A stretch of DNA of 64,000 bases, from NCBI GenBank assembly GCA_032718475.1, contig JAUCBJ010005016.1, forward strand, positions 159,187 through 223,186. The letters are read 5' to 3'. The notes under the pieces were generated by a model that was not told where the DNA came from, did not search any database, and saw nothing but the letters and a program-made list of their open reading frames with translations. Source of the DNA: Nemertoderma westbladi. Its lineage: Eukaryota; Animalia; Xenacoelomorpha. Positions 24,167 to 35,590 of this stretch are shown one piece after another. Made by a program: the position numbers and the translations under genes. Positions within the stretch are counted from its first letter, which is position 1; each line of letters starts with the position of its first letter.

Positions 24167-27100
24167 ATGTCTGATACTAAGCAGAACCTGTCAGACAGTT
24201 TATTAGATGTAACTATCTGCGACTCAGATAGAGGCATAGAACCGTCTAGTCGTAAGTTCAGTTCACCTCCCACTGTGAGGAAGGTCATCCCTCCAGTAGT
24301 AATAAAAGAACCTAGGCTGGTCCAACATCGTAGGTCTATCATAGGCACTCGAGCTCAGGTCAAGCGGGACCAAGAAGCAGCGGAACAGCAACAACCCGCG
24401 AGCCAAGAACTTACTTCTCAACGGCCCAACAGCTCTAGTAGTGAGGATACTGTAGAACTGACACCAGAACGCGGAGCAAAGATGATGGATGCGGTTTATT
24501 CGGATCCCCTTCTCATCCTTCCTGCAGCCGTACTCACTAGGTTATTGATCGCTGTGGAAGAACACCAGATCGATTGGGCGAGAAGCCAGCGTTCAACTAG
24601 AGATAGTTATGCTGGATACACAAGGGAAGAACTGAAGTCCATGGTCGAGTCGCAATGGAACTTCCCCGGACCCGGACTCCTGTTTGATTTATCAGAAGCT
24701 GCCTGGGAAGACATACACCGGATGGGAGTAGCCAAGGAAACCATCGATCCAGCTGTGTGGAAGAGGTCCGCAGCCGGATACGCACAGGGATTCTTCAGCT
24801 CTATGGAGCGAGTAAAAGGACAACTGTTTCAACAACCACAAGGACCTCAAGAGCAGGGACAACTGCTTTATCAAGTTAGAGAAAGAATTCTACGAATCAG
24901 GCTAATATTATCGGCCTTTGAGGAGGCTTCTAAACGAAGGCAAGACACGTCGTTGCAAGTTGCCGTAAAGACCTGGTTTCAAAGGGTGAGTCTCCAGGTT
25001 CAAGGAACAGCTCAGTGGAAAGCTCAGCTGGAGGAGCGCTCAACCCATGGAGAATCTACAGACGCTACTTTTTCCCAAGTGGAAAGTGAAGCGACGGCAG
25101 AGAAACCGCATAAGAGGGATGCCATTGACATCTATCTGTCAGACTATCAACGTTTTTTAGGTGATGACGAGTTGAGGAGAAGGTTAGAGGGACTTAGCCC
25201 TAATAGTGAAGGAACCAAGCTTGTGCTGGATGCCATCGATGTGGAAATGAGGGCTGCGAATCAGGCCAAATTTGATGAACAACTCCGCCTGACACGAGTC
25301 CAAGAAGAACAAGTAAAGAAAAAACGCATAGAAGACAGAAAGAAAGCAGCAGTGGTAGCTGCAGAAGCAGAAAGAAAAGCGGCAGCGGCAGAGGCAGCGG
25401 CAGAGGCAAAAGCAGCCGAAGCTGAAAGAAAAGCGGCAGCGGCAGCGGCAAAGGCAGCGGCAGAGGCAAAAGCGGCAGAAGCAGAAAGAAAGGCGGCAAT
25501 GGCAGCGGCCGAAGCAGAAAGAAAGGCGGCAATGGCAGCGGCCGAAGCGGAAAGAAAAGCGGCAGAGGCAGTGGCAGAAGCAGAACGGAGAGCGGCTGAA
25601 GAAACCATCCAATTAGAATTGGAAAACATTCAGGAGAATCAAGACTGCATAAATAAACAGTTAACAGCTAGTAATATGCAGATGATGAATCGATCTACTC
25701 CCAAAAGACAGGGATATACATCATCTGAGGAAGGCGATACCACCGATACTGAAGGCAAAGGAAATAGATCTCGTCTAAGCAGACGTAAAAGAACATTCCA
25801 CCGTCAGAAATTGCCTGATTTGCCTCCAGCTGTTAGAAGGCAACTAAATAACACCAACTTAGGTAGTACAGAGCCCACAGACCAAATAATTAAAATAGAA
25901 AGACTCCCTACTATAGTAGATGAGCCTGAAATAATTAGGCCTGTTCTTGAAATCACCCCTTCGGTGATAGATACACCTGTGCTCCCTGAAACTACCTCTA
26001 AATTCCCTCTGCATAGCACTAAGCTACCTGTGCCCCGTAGAACTGCCCAGGAGACAGTTCAGGTCCTGGACCCCGAGCGAAATATTCCTGATTTGTCGCC
26101 CGTTGTCCCTCGTCCGCTCGCTACAACGTTGGCGACTCCCGCTTCGGCGGTCGAATGGGTGGACGAGAGACGGCGGGGGATGGATCTCCTGCTCGGGCAG
26201 ATGCAGGAGACGGTTCAGCAATTCAAGTGCACAGTAAGGGAAAGTAGGCTTGAGTTGCAAGAAGTGCAGCAAAGTATCGCGCTAGAACGCGATAAATTAG
26301 TAAATACACAGAGGGGTATACCACCACCCCCTGTAACAATGTGTCAACCTGTTAGGTCTGAAGTATCTCATGCGCAAGGTGTGGAGCCTACACGCATATA
26401 TACTGCTAGCGAAGTAGAAACTCCTATAGTGAACCCTATTAAGGGTAATTATAGACCTGTTGATAATGACATTCCCTATAGAACTGATCATAATCCGAGA
26501 AATTTATATACCGATAACTCGATATTAAATAACACGATGGCCCAAGAAAGTTTTACGCGTCAAATGGCTAGAACCGAAGCCCGGCAAGCGGTAAAGGTGG
26601 GAGAGATCGTCAAGTTCAATGGAGATGAGATGAAATGGTTACCTTTTAATGAATATTACAAAGATAACATACAGAACTCTGTACTATCTAATGGAGAGAA
26701 ACTTAGATTCCTCATCGAGTGCTTGGAAGGATCTCCCAAGTTAATGGCGTTAAAGTTTATTGGACATCCAGACGGATTAAGACAAGTTTGGGATACACTA
26801 AACATCAGGTATGGTAATAGGAATAACATAGCTGGGTATTTGTATGCAAAGTTGGTAGCGCCCCGAAAGTTTATTAGCAACGGGATTATAGAGTTTTCCG
26901 ATGAAATTCAGGAGATCTGCAGACAATTAGATTGGCTAGGTAAGTCTCATGAGTATCAGAGTGCTATGGTTATTAGAGCAGTGGCCTCTACTTTACCGAA
27001 GGGTGGAGTAGGTACACGCTGGGACAAGAAAGTGTTATACATGATGGAACAACAACAACGAGACCCTACCATGACTGATCTCATGACATTCTTGGATGGC

Positions 27101-30100
27101 GAAGTGAAATTACAGCTCATAAAGCAGTCCAGAGAGAAGACATCGGAAAACAAGGTAAGTGAGAAACCCGTCTCCAGAAGAAAGGTAACACCAGTGTGTT
27201 ATACCGACGACGGCGAAAGCCAAGCTTCCCAAGGGGAGGATAGCGGGAAAGACACTGAAAGATCTTATTATGTCAATAAAAAACCTAACGAACAGGGAAG
27301 TAAATTTAAGTCTCGATCCAATGACCAGAGAGAACAGGTAAGAAAAACTCCTCCTACGTCTCCCAAGAGAATTCAGGTGAGAAAGCCCGAAGAAAGAACG
27401 AGAGTGCAAAATGTTACCCAAATTAAGGTAAGTAACATCAAACCGAAATGTGCGCTATGCGACGGGACCCACCGTTTGAATATGTGTGATGAATTCCTGA
27501 AGAAATCATTATCGGAGAGACGAGAAGTCATGTGGGATAAGCGGTTATGTTATAATTGCCTCAGACAAGGACACCAACGGCGTACCTGTTTCTCTGACAT
27601 AAGGTGTGCAAAGTGTGGTGCGAAACATCATATCTTGTTGCACGCTGAATTCGAGCGAAATAGTCCGAATCAGGTAAGTGATTCCGAGCTACATGTCCAA
27701 TTCAGTGATGTGAACGACACTGATCAATCTGAGATGGAAGGATTCTATACAGACGAGTTCTCCGACGAAAACGAATCCTGTTACATGATAAATACCGCAG
27801 TGTATCGAGCACTCACATATGAAAAGGATACAGACAGCGACCTCACTCTAACTACTTCTGATCGACAACCATCTTGGAAAGCGCCATCTTCCAATGTAGG
27901 GATCCGAGAGTTTCCTGTGGTGCAGTTAAGGGTTCACGGACCTAAACGGAGTTATGTAGTGAACGCCCTCCTTGACTCCGGCAGCACAGGAACATTCATT
28001 GATAAAGAACTAGCCGAAGACATATTCGCTGGACAACCCAAGTTCCGAACTAAGCTAAACATGTCAGGAATTATGCAAGTTTGGAAATCTACAGTAACAG
28101 CGGATTATTATGTAGGAGCGTTGTCCACCCCCCAGGACGAACTAGGAGAACATAGCATAAGGTCAGTGAAAATGGTGGCTATAAAGAACTTCGCTACTAC
28201 TCAAGCAGACCTTTATAATTGGGACGAGGATGAGAGCATCCAACATCTTAAGATACCTCGATTCCAGACTGATTATCCTGGAGTGCAAATACTCATCGGC
28301 CAAAACGCGCATGAGGCGCTCGAGACATTGGAGAAACGGCCTGCTCAACCGCAGCCACTACAGACCTATGCGGTAAGAACTAGAGTAGGTTGGTACTTTA
28401 CTGGCCCTTCCCGTAGAACACTCAGAGAAAGACTACCGCAAGAGCGCGTCTGCCAGGTGAGTGAATGGGAAGATGATACTAGTGAGGGAGACGATTTAAC
28501 TGAGGGAACCCCATACTCCTCAGATAACGACGACGTTCACCAGCTTTTTGATGAGGAGAATACCATCGATCTCCTTAAGGAAAACGAGGCTTGGCAAAAC
28601 CAAGTGAACTTATGTCAACTTCTTTATCCATCTGAACGAGAAGCTTATAACGACGAGTTAAATGACGTCATTGAGCGTTGTAATGCCAAGACTCGAGATG
28701 AACATGCCGTACGATTCTTTACGCAAGAGGCAGTAGAGCCCAATTCCTACGATAAAGCCTTATCGGTGGAAGAGGAAAGGGCCAAGCAGATCCAAGAAAC
28801 AACTACACGTTTCCTCAAAGATCAAGGTAGGTATGAAGTCGGTCTACCTTTCCGCAAGAGAGAACCGAAGTTCATCAATAACAGACCCTTGGCGGAAAAG
28901 AGAATCGCGCAACTCCATCGACGCCTTACGGCTAATTCTTCAGCTAAAGCAATGTATCAAACACAGCTGGAGAAATTTATTAGTAAGGGATACGCGGAGA
29001 GAGTACCGGAAGAAACACCTGTGACTGAAAGAACGTATTACTTAACTCACCATTACGTTCCTAAACCCGGTAAACCACATGAAGTGAGAGTAGTGTTTGA
29101 TGGCTCCGCTCTTTACATGGGTCAATCCCTTAACTCTGAATTGTTACCCGGACCCAACTTACTTCAATCTTTGTTGGGAATTCTTTTAAGATTGAGACAA
29201 TATTCGATTGCTTTCGCCTCCGATATAGAAGGCATGTTCTTACAAGTCAAGGTGCTAGATAGGGATCGAGATAGTCTACGATTTCTGTGGTGGCCCGAAG
29301 GAGACCTCAACCAGAAACCGGTGGAGTACTGGATGACCATCCAGGCCTTTGGGATAATCTCAAGCCCTTCCAACGCCTGTTCTGTAGTGCGTACCACTGC
29401 AGAGGACAACCGAGAGGCCTTCTCTAAGGAAGTGATCGACAACATCAAGCGAGACATATACATGGACGATAATCTGAAGTCCCTTCCATCAGTTGAGGAA
29501 GCCATTGAGGTCGCTAAAGGAACGGTAGAGTGCTTAAAAAGAGGTGGGTTTCGATTAACGAAATTCACCAGCAACTCCCGTGAGTTTCTGGAGTCGATCC
29601 CTGCGGAAGATCGAGGAGCGAAAGATCTCGATTTGATCAAAGATGATCTGCCAGAAACCAAGACACTCGGCTTGAAATGGGACACAGAGCGAGATATCCT
29701 GTTTTTCCAACTAAAACAGCGAGATAATCCAGTTCGAACCAAACGGATTTGTTTAAGTATACTGAGCACTTATTTCGATCCATTGGGATTTATTAGCCCA
29801 GTTATATTGATTGCTCGGAGTTTGGTACAACAAATGTGGCTTGAAAACCACTCATGGGATGATCCACTTAAGGGAGAATTATTAAAGAAGTGGATGAAAT
29901 GGGAAGATTCTCTGCCAGCTATCGAGGATTTTATAATTTCCCGTTCATATTTTGGTCATGTTCTCCCTACGTATTCCTATCAACTCCATGTGTTTGGAGA
30001 CGCCAGCGATATGGGAATAGGTATAGTAGCCTACCTAAGAGTGGAAACTCCGGATGGAATCAAAGTCGCCTTGGTTACTTCTAAGGCATTAATCAACAAC

Positions 30101-32344
30101 AAGTTGAAAGTTCCTCGAGCGGAGTTAAAGGCGGCTCTATACGCTACAGCCATCGGCCGGAATGTAACAGAACAGATTGACTATCCATTAGAGAAAACGG
30201 TCTATTGGACCGACGCTTTACTCGTGTTAGAGTATATAACCAATGAAGTCTGTCAGTTCAGCGTCTTCGTTACCAACAGAGTAGCCATCATACTTAGTCG
30301 CACGACGATGGATCAATGGAGACATTGCCCCGGAACGATTAATCCAGCAGACATCGCTTCCAGGGGAGCGACTCCAAAGGAATTGGTAAATACTCCCGAA
30401 TGGTTAGGAGGACCTGACTTTCTCTACAGAGAAGAAGAAGAATGGCCTCCCCATCTCACAACAGCAGAGATCAGACAGGCCAAGGGAGCGGAGAAAGTTA
30501 AACCCAAAACTCGAGCGAGTAAATCGAAGTTGTTTAAACCTGCGGTTGATCTATCTGTATTATTTACTTCCGGAGAGGATGCTTTGGATCAGAAACCCAC
30601 CGCCACGGATAAAGAAGTCTTGGAAATCCGTGACAAGGATTGGAAATCTGGAATACCAGATATCTCACAAGGACTCTCACCTCTCTTGCAGAGAGCGATA
30701 CGTCACTACAGTTCCTGGAATCGGCTCTGTAAAGCTGTCACCTATTTGAAACGATGTTTTCATCATCGTTACTCAGGAACAAAGACCAATAGTGATGATG
30801 CTCCATCAACATCTGCACGAGTCCATGTTGTTAAAGATCTTCCTAAATACAAGATATCCGACAGGTTTCTAAAGGAGAAGATCAGTTACCAGGAGCATGA
30901 TGAAACCAACAAACAGATGCTGAGACTTCTACAATGCTATGAGGATTCCGATAAGTATTTCCTGTTGTTAAGAAATCCGCAGATGCGCTTAAGGGATCGC
31001 TTCTCTAGTACCATGATAGATGGGTTAATACGTGTTGGAGGCAGGCTTACCAACGCCCCATTATCCTTTGACACTAAGTTTCCCATACTCATTAGAAATC
31101 TTGACATACAAATCAAGATGATTGTAGATGTTCATAGCAAACTGTACCATGCTGGTAGAGAACGAGTTCTGAGCGAAATTCGAACTCGCTACTATTTTTA
31201 TAAACCCCGTAGGGCTCTGAACCAAGTTCTTAGGAACTGCATACCCTGTAGGAAAGCATTCAGTAGGCCTTTAACACAGCGAGAGGCAGAATTACCTAGG
31301 GAAAGAGTAAGCTTCTATGAACCACCCTTTACTAATACCGGTGTGGATTTATTTGGCCCTATTGAAGTATATCGTGCCCGGACTATAGTCAAGAGATGGT
31401 GTGTCATCTTCGTTTGTATGACTTGTAGAGCTATCCATCTCGATATGGTAAACGATCTATCCACCAACAGCTTCGTGTTGAGTTTACGACGACAGATCGC
31501 TCGCTTCGGAACCAGTAACACGATGAGATCGGATAAGGGAACGAACTTCATTGGCGCCAACAACGAAATTCAAGCTTACGTAAAGGACTGGAACAAAAGA
31601 CAGGTGGACGATCAGCTAAAGATAACAGCGTCTAGCTGGACCTTCAACGCCGCCGACGCCCCTTGGTGGGGAGGAAGTTGGGAGAGATTGATTAGGAGCG
31701 TGAAGACTGCGTTCCACTTTATTGTGCCTTGTCGCGCTTATCTCACCGACGAACTATTGCGGACGTTAATGGAGGAAATCGCCGCCTATCTCAACGAAAG
31801 ACCGCTTATGCCAGTCTCTTCAAATCCTGATTCCCTGGAAGCGCTAACACCCGCGCACTTTCTACTGAAGAAACCCGTAGCCATGCTCCCACGATCGGAG
31901 ATCACAGACGGAGACGAGTACTGCCGTCGAACCTGGCAACTTATGCAGTTGCTATCCCGTCGTTTCGCTGACCATTTCGAGAAACATTACCTGCCCACTC
32001 TACAACTTCGAACTAAGTGGTTTGCGCAGCAAGAAAACGTCAGCGCTGGAGACATGGTGCTTATTGTGGACCCCGATCTCCCACGTAAGCGATGGCAAAC
32101 AGGTCGTATCATCGAGACTCATATCTCGAGCGATGGTTTGGTGCGATCAGTAGAACTCGTCGTCATGCGGCGTAATTTTAAGAAACCAGGGATAGTCTTT
32201 GAGACTCAACAGCTCAATCGCCCAGTGGGTCGTTTATGTTTACTGGAAAGAGACAGAGAGCTCTCCGGAAACTATGGAAGACAAGAAACTCTTCCCACGA
32301 CCACTTCCCTAATCCAACCGACACCTAGGGACTCCCCAACTTAA
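24167..32344 (+). CDS. BEL/Pao Gag-Pol polyprotein (2725 aa, uninterrupted)
   Basis: Gag KFNGDEMKWLPF (DUF1759-like); three Zn knuckles (CALCDGTHRLNMC, CYNCLRQGHQRRTC, CAKCGAKHHILLH); protease ALLDSGS; RT RVVFDGS, SDIEGMFLQV and YMDD (29459-29470); Pao RNase H LHVFGDAS, PRAELKAA and NPADIASRG; integrase HHCC plus GVDLFGP, SDKGTNF and GGSWERLI. Confidence 0.97.
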   Translation: MSDTKQNLSDSLLDVTICDSDRGIEPSSRKFSSPPTVRKVIPPVVIKEPRLVQHRRSIIGTRAQVKRDQEAAEQQQPASQELTSQRPNSSSSEDTVELTPERGAKMMDAVYSDPLLILPAAVLTRLLIAVEEHQIDWARSQRSTRDSYAGYTREELKSMVESQWNFPGPGLLFDLSEAAWEDIHRMGVAKETIDPAVWKRSAAGYAQGFFSSMERVKGQLFQQPQGPQEQGQLLYQVRERILRIRLILSAFEEASKRRQDTSLQVAVKTWFQRVSLQVQGTAQWKAQLEERSTHGESTDATFSQVESEATAEKPHKRDAIDIYLSDYQRFLGDDELRRRLEGLSPNSEGTKLVLDAIDVEMRAANQAKFDEQLRLTRVQEEQVKKKRIEDRKKAAVVAAEAERKAAAAEAAAEAKAAEAERKAAAAAAKAAAEAKAAEAERKAAMAAAEAERKAAMAAAEAERKAAEAVAEAERRAAEETIQLELENIQENQDCINKQLTASNMQMMNRSTPKRQGYTSSEEGDTTDTEGKGNRSRLSRRKRTFHRQKLPDLPPAVRRQLNNTNLGSTEPTDQIIKIERLPTIVDEPEIIRPVLEITPSVIDTPVLPETTSKFPLHSTKLPVPRRTAQETVQVLDPERNIPDLSPVVPRPLATTLATPASAVEWVDERRRGMDLLLGQMQETVQQFKCTVRESRLELQEVQQSIALERDKLVNTQRGIPPPPVTMCQPVRSEVSHAQGVEPTRIYTASEVETPIVNPIKGNYRPVDNDIPYRTDHNPRNLYTDNSILNNTMAQESFTRQMARTEARQAVKVGEIVKFNGDEMKWLPFNEYYKDNIQNSVLSNGEKLRFLIECLEGSPKLMALKFIGHPDGLRQVWDTLNIRYGNRNNIAGYLYAKLVAPRKFISNGIIEFSDEIQEICRQLDWLGKSHEYQSAMVIRAVASTLPKGGVGTRWDKKVLYMMEQQQRDPTMTDLMTFLDGEVKLQLIKQSREKTSENKVSEKPVSRRKVTPVCYTDDGESQASQGEDSGKDTERSYYVNKKPNEQGSKFKSRSNDQREQVRKTPPTSPKRIQVRKPEERTRVQNVTQIKVSNIKPKCALCDGTHRLNMCDEFLKKSLSERREVMWDKRLCYNCLRQGHQRRTCFSDIRCAKCGAKHHILLHAEFERNSPNQVSDSELHVQFSDVNDTDQSEMEGFYTDEFSDENESCYMINTAVYRALTYEKDTDSDLTLTTSDRQPSWKAPSSNVGIREFPVVQLRVHGPKRSYVVNALLDSGSTGTFIDKELAEDIFAGQPKFRTKLNMSGIMQVWKSTVTADYYVGALSTPQDELGEHSIRSVKMVAIKNFATTQADLYNWDEDESIQHLKIPRFQTDYPGVQILIGQNAHEALETLEKRPAQPQPLQTYAVRTRVGWYFTGPSRRTLRERLPQERVCQVSEWEDDTSEGDDLTEGTPYSSDNDDVHQLFDEENTIDLLKENEAWQNQVNLCQLLYPSEREAYNDELNDVIERCNAKTRDEHAVRFFTQEAVEPNSYDKALSVEEERAKQIQETTTRFLKDQGRYEVGLPFRKREPKFINNRPLAEKRIAQLHRRLTANSSAKAMYQTQLEKFISKGYAERVPEETPVTERTYYLTHHYVPKPGKPHEVRVVFDGSALYMGQSLNSELLPGPNLLQSLLGILLRLRQYSIAFASDIEGMFLQVKVLDRDRDSLRFLWWPEGDLNQKPVEYWMTIQAFGIISSPSNACSVVRTTAEDNREAFSKEVIDNIKRDIYMDDNLKSLPSVEEAIEVAKGTVECLKRGGFRLTKFTSNSREFLESIPAEDRGAKDLDLIKDDLPETKTLGLKWDTERDILFFQLKQRDNPVRTKRICLSILSTYFDPLGFISPVILIARSLVQQMWLENHSWDDPLKGELLKKWMKWEDSLPAIEDFIISRSYFGHVLPTYSYQLHVFGDASDMGIGIVAYLRVETPDGIKVALVTSKALINNKLKVPRAELKAALYATAIGRNVTEQIDYPLEKTVYWTDALLVLEYITNEVCQFSVFVTNRVAIILSRTTMDQWRHCPGTINPADIASRGATPKELVNTPEWLGGPDFLYREEEEWPPHLTTAEIRQAKGAEKVKPKTRASKSKLFKPAVDLSVLFTSGEDALDQKPTATDKEVLEIRDKDWKSGIPDISQGLSPLLQRAIRHYSSWNRLCKAVTYLKRCFHHRYSGTKTNSDDAPSTSARVHVVKDLPKYKISDRFLKEKISYQEHDETNKQMLRLLQCYEDSDKYFLLLRNPQMRLRDRFSSTMIDGLIRVGGRLTNAPLSFDTKFPILIRNLDIQIKMIVDVHSKLYHAGRERVLSEIRTRYYFYKPRRALNQVLRNCIPCRKAFSRPLTQREAELPRERVSFYEPPFTNTGVDLFGPIEVYRARTIVKRWCVIFVCMTCRAIHLDMVNDLSTNSFVLSLRRQIARFGTSNTMRSDKGTNFIGANNEIQAYVKDWNKRQVDDQLKITASSWTFNAADAPWWGGSWERLIRSVKTAFHFIVPCRAYLTDELLRTLMEEIAAYLNERPLMPVSSNPDSLEALTPAHFLLKKPVAMLPRSEITDGDEYCRRTWQLMQLLSRRFADHFEKHYLPTLQLRTKWFAQQENVSAGDMVLIVDPDLPRKRWQTGRIIETHISSDGLVRSVELVVMRRNFKKPGIVFETQQLNRPVGRLCLLERDRELSGNYGRQETLPTTTSLIQPTPRDSPT

Positions 32345-32887
32345 TATCGTTCGGAGTGGGCGTGTGACTCTATTATTTTATATTATTTTATTATTTTTAT
32401 ATTTATGTATGTATTACTATGTAATTTTATTATAATCGTTTTATTTAATTTAGTAGAATATTATTTAGCGATTATTTAGTAGAATAGTGCAATATATTCG
32501 TGTTTATTACGTACGTAATTACTTATATTATATTTAGTGTGACGTTGAGAAACAAGTGTTTTTATCTTTCCTTACTGTCCGTATTATACTATAAATACGT
32601 AACTACAGTAAGATGAAACGTCTGTACTTATTAAAGTACAATAAAGCCACTACTATATTCAAGTATTATTGGTAGGCAGAGTATTAGGAATGCAAAGTTC
32701 AGATCCTCGTGTCTCGGCTAAACCAAGCTCTGGGTAGACCTTGGAAACGACTTGCCTCTTCACACTGACATTGCTTCGTGCGATATTGCTCTCATACCGT
32801 ATATTAAATAATACATATAGTAGCGTGATGTCCCTTTAACAGTAGCGTATAACGCAAAATAAATCTGTTAAACCCTTTGACCATCTG

Positions 32888-33180
32888 TAATTCTAGTCGA
32901 TTAAGATATCGCGGCACCCACCGATATACTTGAAAGACAAATTTTAGAATCAATGGTTAACGTCCCCAGACAAGTTCTGGAATAAATCGGTGCCCATCTC
33001 AAATATTAATTATTTAATATTTGCAAATCTAATAAATCAAATCTGTAAAATTCAGATCCTTCAACAATTCTAGTCAATTAAGATATCGTAGCATTTACCG
33101 ATATTCTTAAAAAGACAATTTTCATAGAATTAAGGATCTTGTGTCCCCAGACATGTTCTAGACTCAAAATATGTCCATTT
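32888..33180. repeat. Degenerate ~178-bp-period duplication between pol and ORF2
   Basis: AATTCTAGTC(G/A)ATTAAGATATCG...AAAGACAA...GTCCCCAGACA occurs at ~32889 and ~33067. Confidence 0.7.
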
Positions 33181-33988
33181 AATTATCAAATAATAAAATT
33201 TCAGGGAATAAATTTAAATTCATGCCTTTTAATGAGTTTAATAAATTGCCATTTTTACGCAATTTATAACATTCCCAAAATTCCATTAATTAATAGATCA
33301 AGGGAGCGGAGATTTGTCTTATTATGAGTATGAGTGTGCGAAAGTCTCCCAAACATGGTCAATAGCCGATAAAATTCATAAAGTCATGTATCAAACAGGA
33401 CATTGACTATTAAAGAATTACTATTAAATAACATCCCAGATCTGTATGCATGGGAATTACGCTAATTCTACCGCTAGCTTTGCATAATGTCACCATGGCA
33501 ACAACCACGCTAGAATTAGAATTGAGTTAAAAGAACAATAGAAAGCTTGTCCCATTGAATAGCATAGGGAATAAATAGCGCACTGCTAGTATCCAAGGAT
33601 ACATAATAATACAGTGACATTCTGGAAGGCATTGACTAACGGACAAATGGCCCGAATGTGCGTAGTTGTGACCAGTTGTGTGGTATTTGTGAGTTTATAG
33701 GTGAATGTTACTGCTAAAGTGTGTTTACAGTAGCTAGTCGCAATTGTGAAAGTAACCTAACTCTCCAAGGAAAACCTGAAGTACATCTAAGCCTTTGGGA
33801 CGGACAGTGGAGTGACTTGTGCCGGTTGTCATTGTCGTTGTGCGGCTACGTCGTTGGCGAAAGTACAGCGGCGACAACACATCGGCGCTGAGGATCTCGC
33901 ACTGTCCGGGGGCTGATTGGGGTAGGCAGCGACGCCCGCTCGCCTAAATATAAACTCATTATAATATGGATAAATTTATATAGCAGAT

Positions 33989-35119
33989 ATGATTGAGTTG
34001 ATAGAAGATGATCTTGGTATCAGGGAGCGATATACTCTACCTTTACAAGCGTTTGTTGATAGCTTGATACACGGCGACGCTGGTCCAACTGCTGCGGAGG
34101 ACGATGATCGTTATATCGAACCGCCAATGTCCCAAGAGCAGCTCACGCGTGAGTTGGACTATAAGAAATTCACCGCTCGCTATACGCATCGTAATGGTAC
34201 GTATGTGGACTTCTTAACTACTGGTCATCCTATCGATTTACACGATACGGACAATGTCGACACCAAAAGGGAAATGGTACGATTGAAATATCCTACCCAG
34301 CGGAGGCGGAACGATAAACCGAGAATGGAACACGAGAATTCTATTCGAAACAGACTCGAAAGAGAAGACGTTGAGGAGCCGGATAAACGCAGCGACTTCA
34401 ACGATTATCTGGAATTCCTGATAGAAACATATCTCAATATTGCCAGTCAACAAAATCTAGAAACTCGATATCCTCAAGGTATACATCATGACCGCATGGT
34501 AGAACTCAAACGGCTCGATTCCCCTATGATGTATCTTACCGCCGATCGACCGCTACCTGTTGTACCGAATAGCTTCGAACGGATGGAGGAATATTGTAAG
34601 CTGGAGAAAGATCACTCGCGTTTCCCCTACAAGACGTACGTTTTTGGGTATTATTGCGATGAATGCCCTAGACCCAACCAACAAACGGAAAGACATAAAC
34701 ATCCGCGGAGACGTTGCTTTAAACACGGTTTTACTCGCTATACTTACGGGAGTTTCGAGCGAAACTTGTTCAATGTATCACCTACGCTCGTTCGACTCAG
34801 ACGATCCTTAAATAAACCAATGATCAGAGTTTCGGAATACTCGATCAGAGCTCCTCATTCCCTAGTGAGGCCTCAGACTCTTGATCCTATTAGTATGACG
34901 GATCCTCCCGAGCTGTACTCACTGCTCAAAGATCTAGTGTTACCTGAACGATTAGTCGGTGGCACCCCAGTTGTGGGTTTCTTAGATATTAGCCCATCCT
35001 ACCTAGCCGGATTGGGACGCGGACATTTAATATCGCCGTTTAACCCTTACCATCGTCCCGGCTTGACACGATATAACCTGTCACCAGAGTGGCGGAGAAC
35101 GTTGTACCAAACCAGTTAA
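33989..35119 (+). CDS. Extra ORF2 of element 1 (376 aa), unknown function, in the env position
   Basis: Long ATG-initiated ORF between pol and the PPT. Hydrophilic, with no evident signal peptide or TM helix. Cys/His cluster YYCDEC...HKH...CFKH. AG acceptor candidates (TAGCAG) lie just before the ATG. Confidence 0.75.
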   Translation: MIELIEDDLGIRERYTLPLQAFVDSLIHGDAGPTAAEDDDRYIEPPMSQEQLTRELDYKKFTARYTHRNGTYVDFLTTGHPIDLHDTDNVDTKREMVRLKYPTQRRRNDKPRMEHENSIRNRLEREDVEEPDKRSDFNDYLEFLIETYLNIASQQNLETRYPQGIHHDRMVELKRLDSPMMYLTADRPLPVVPNSFERMEEYCKLEKDHSRFPYKTYVFGYYCDECPRPNQQTERHKHPRRRCFKHGFTRYTYGSFERNLFNVSPTLVRLRRSLNKPMIRVSEYSIRAPHSLVRPQTLDPISMTDPPELYSLLKDLVLPERLVGGTPVVGFLDISPSYLAGLGRGHLISPFNPYHRPGLTRYNLSPEWRRTLYQTS

Positions 35120-35581
35120 ACGCTATTCTACAAAGATCAGAAAGGAAACCTACGTTTGTTCAGATAAACGTAAGTTGTAACAGCAAGTCCAAGCGATAAA
35201 CGAATTGTCTTTATCTCAGTTCGATTGTGAAATCCAGAATCTCTAAGAAGATATCGCACTTAGACAACCCCATTCTCTGCGAGAGTTTTTGGATGAACGT
35301 ATCCAGCTACGAGCGGAGGAAAATCAGCTCGAGGAGAAGCATATCGAAACGGCGGATACCCCGACCATAATCCTACACCTTCTGATGCAATCATATTGCA
35401 CCCTTCACCCAGGATTTATAGCCCTCCTAGTAAAGTGGCTCCCCCCAAAGAGAAAAGGACTCTTGCTAGCCTCAAAAAACTGCGTAAACGCCGCCTGCGT
35501 AAGAAAGACTAACTGTTTAGAGTATTTTTATATTTTAGAAACTGTGATTTGTTATATTTTATAGACTTAAATCCCATTTTC

Positions 35582-35590
35582 TGGGAGCGG
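35582..35590 (+). promoter_or_regulatory. Polypurine tract of element 1
   Basis: TGGGAGCGG immediately precedes the 3' LTR start TGTAAAAG. Confidence 0.7.

Noticed and set aside
25184-25629. Antisense Cys/Arg-, Leu/Pro- and Ala/Ser-rich ORFs
   Set aside because: They are shadows of the AEAERKAA repeat on the sense strand.
33989-35119. env gene
   Set aside because: No signal peptide, fusion peptide or transmembrane anchor is visible, so it is kept as an unknown ORF.
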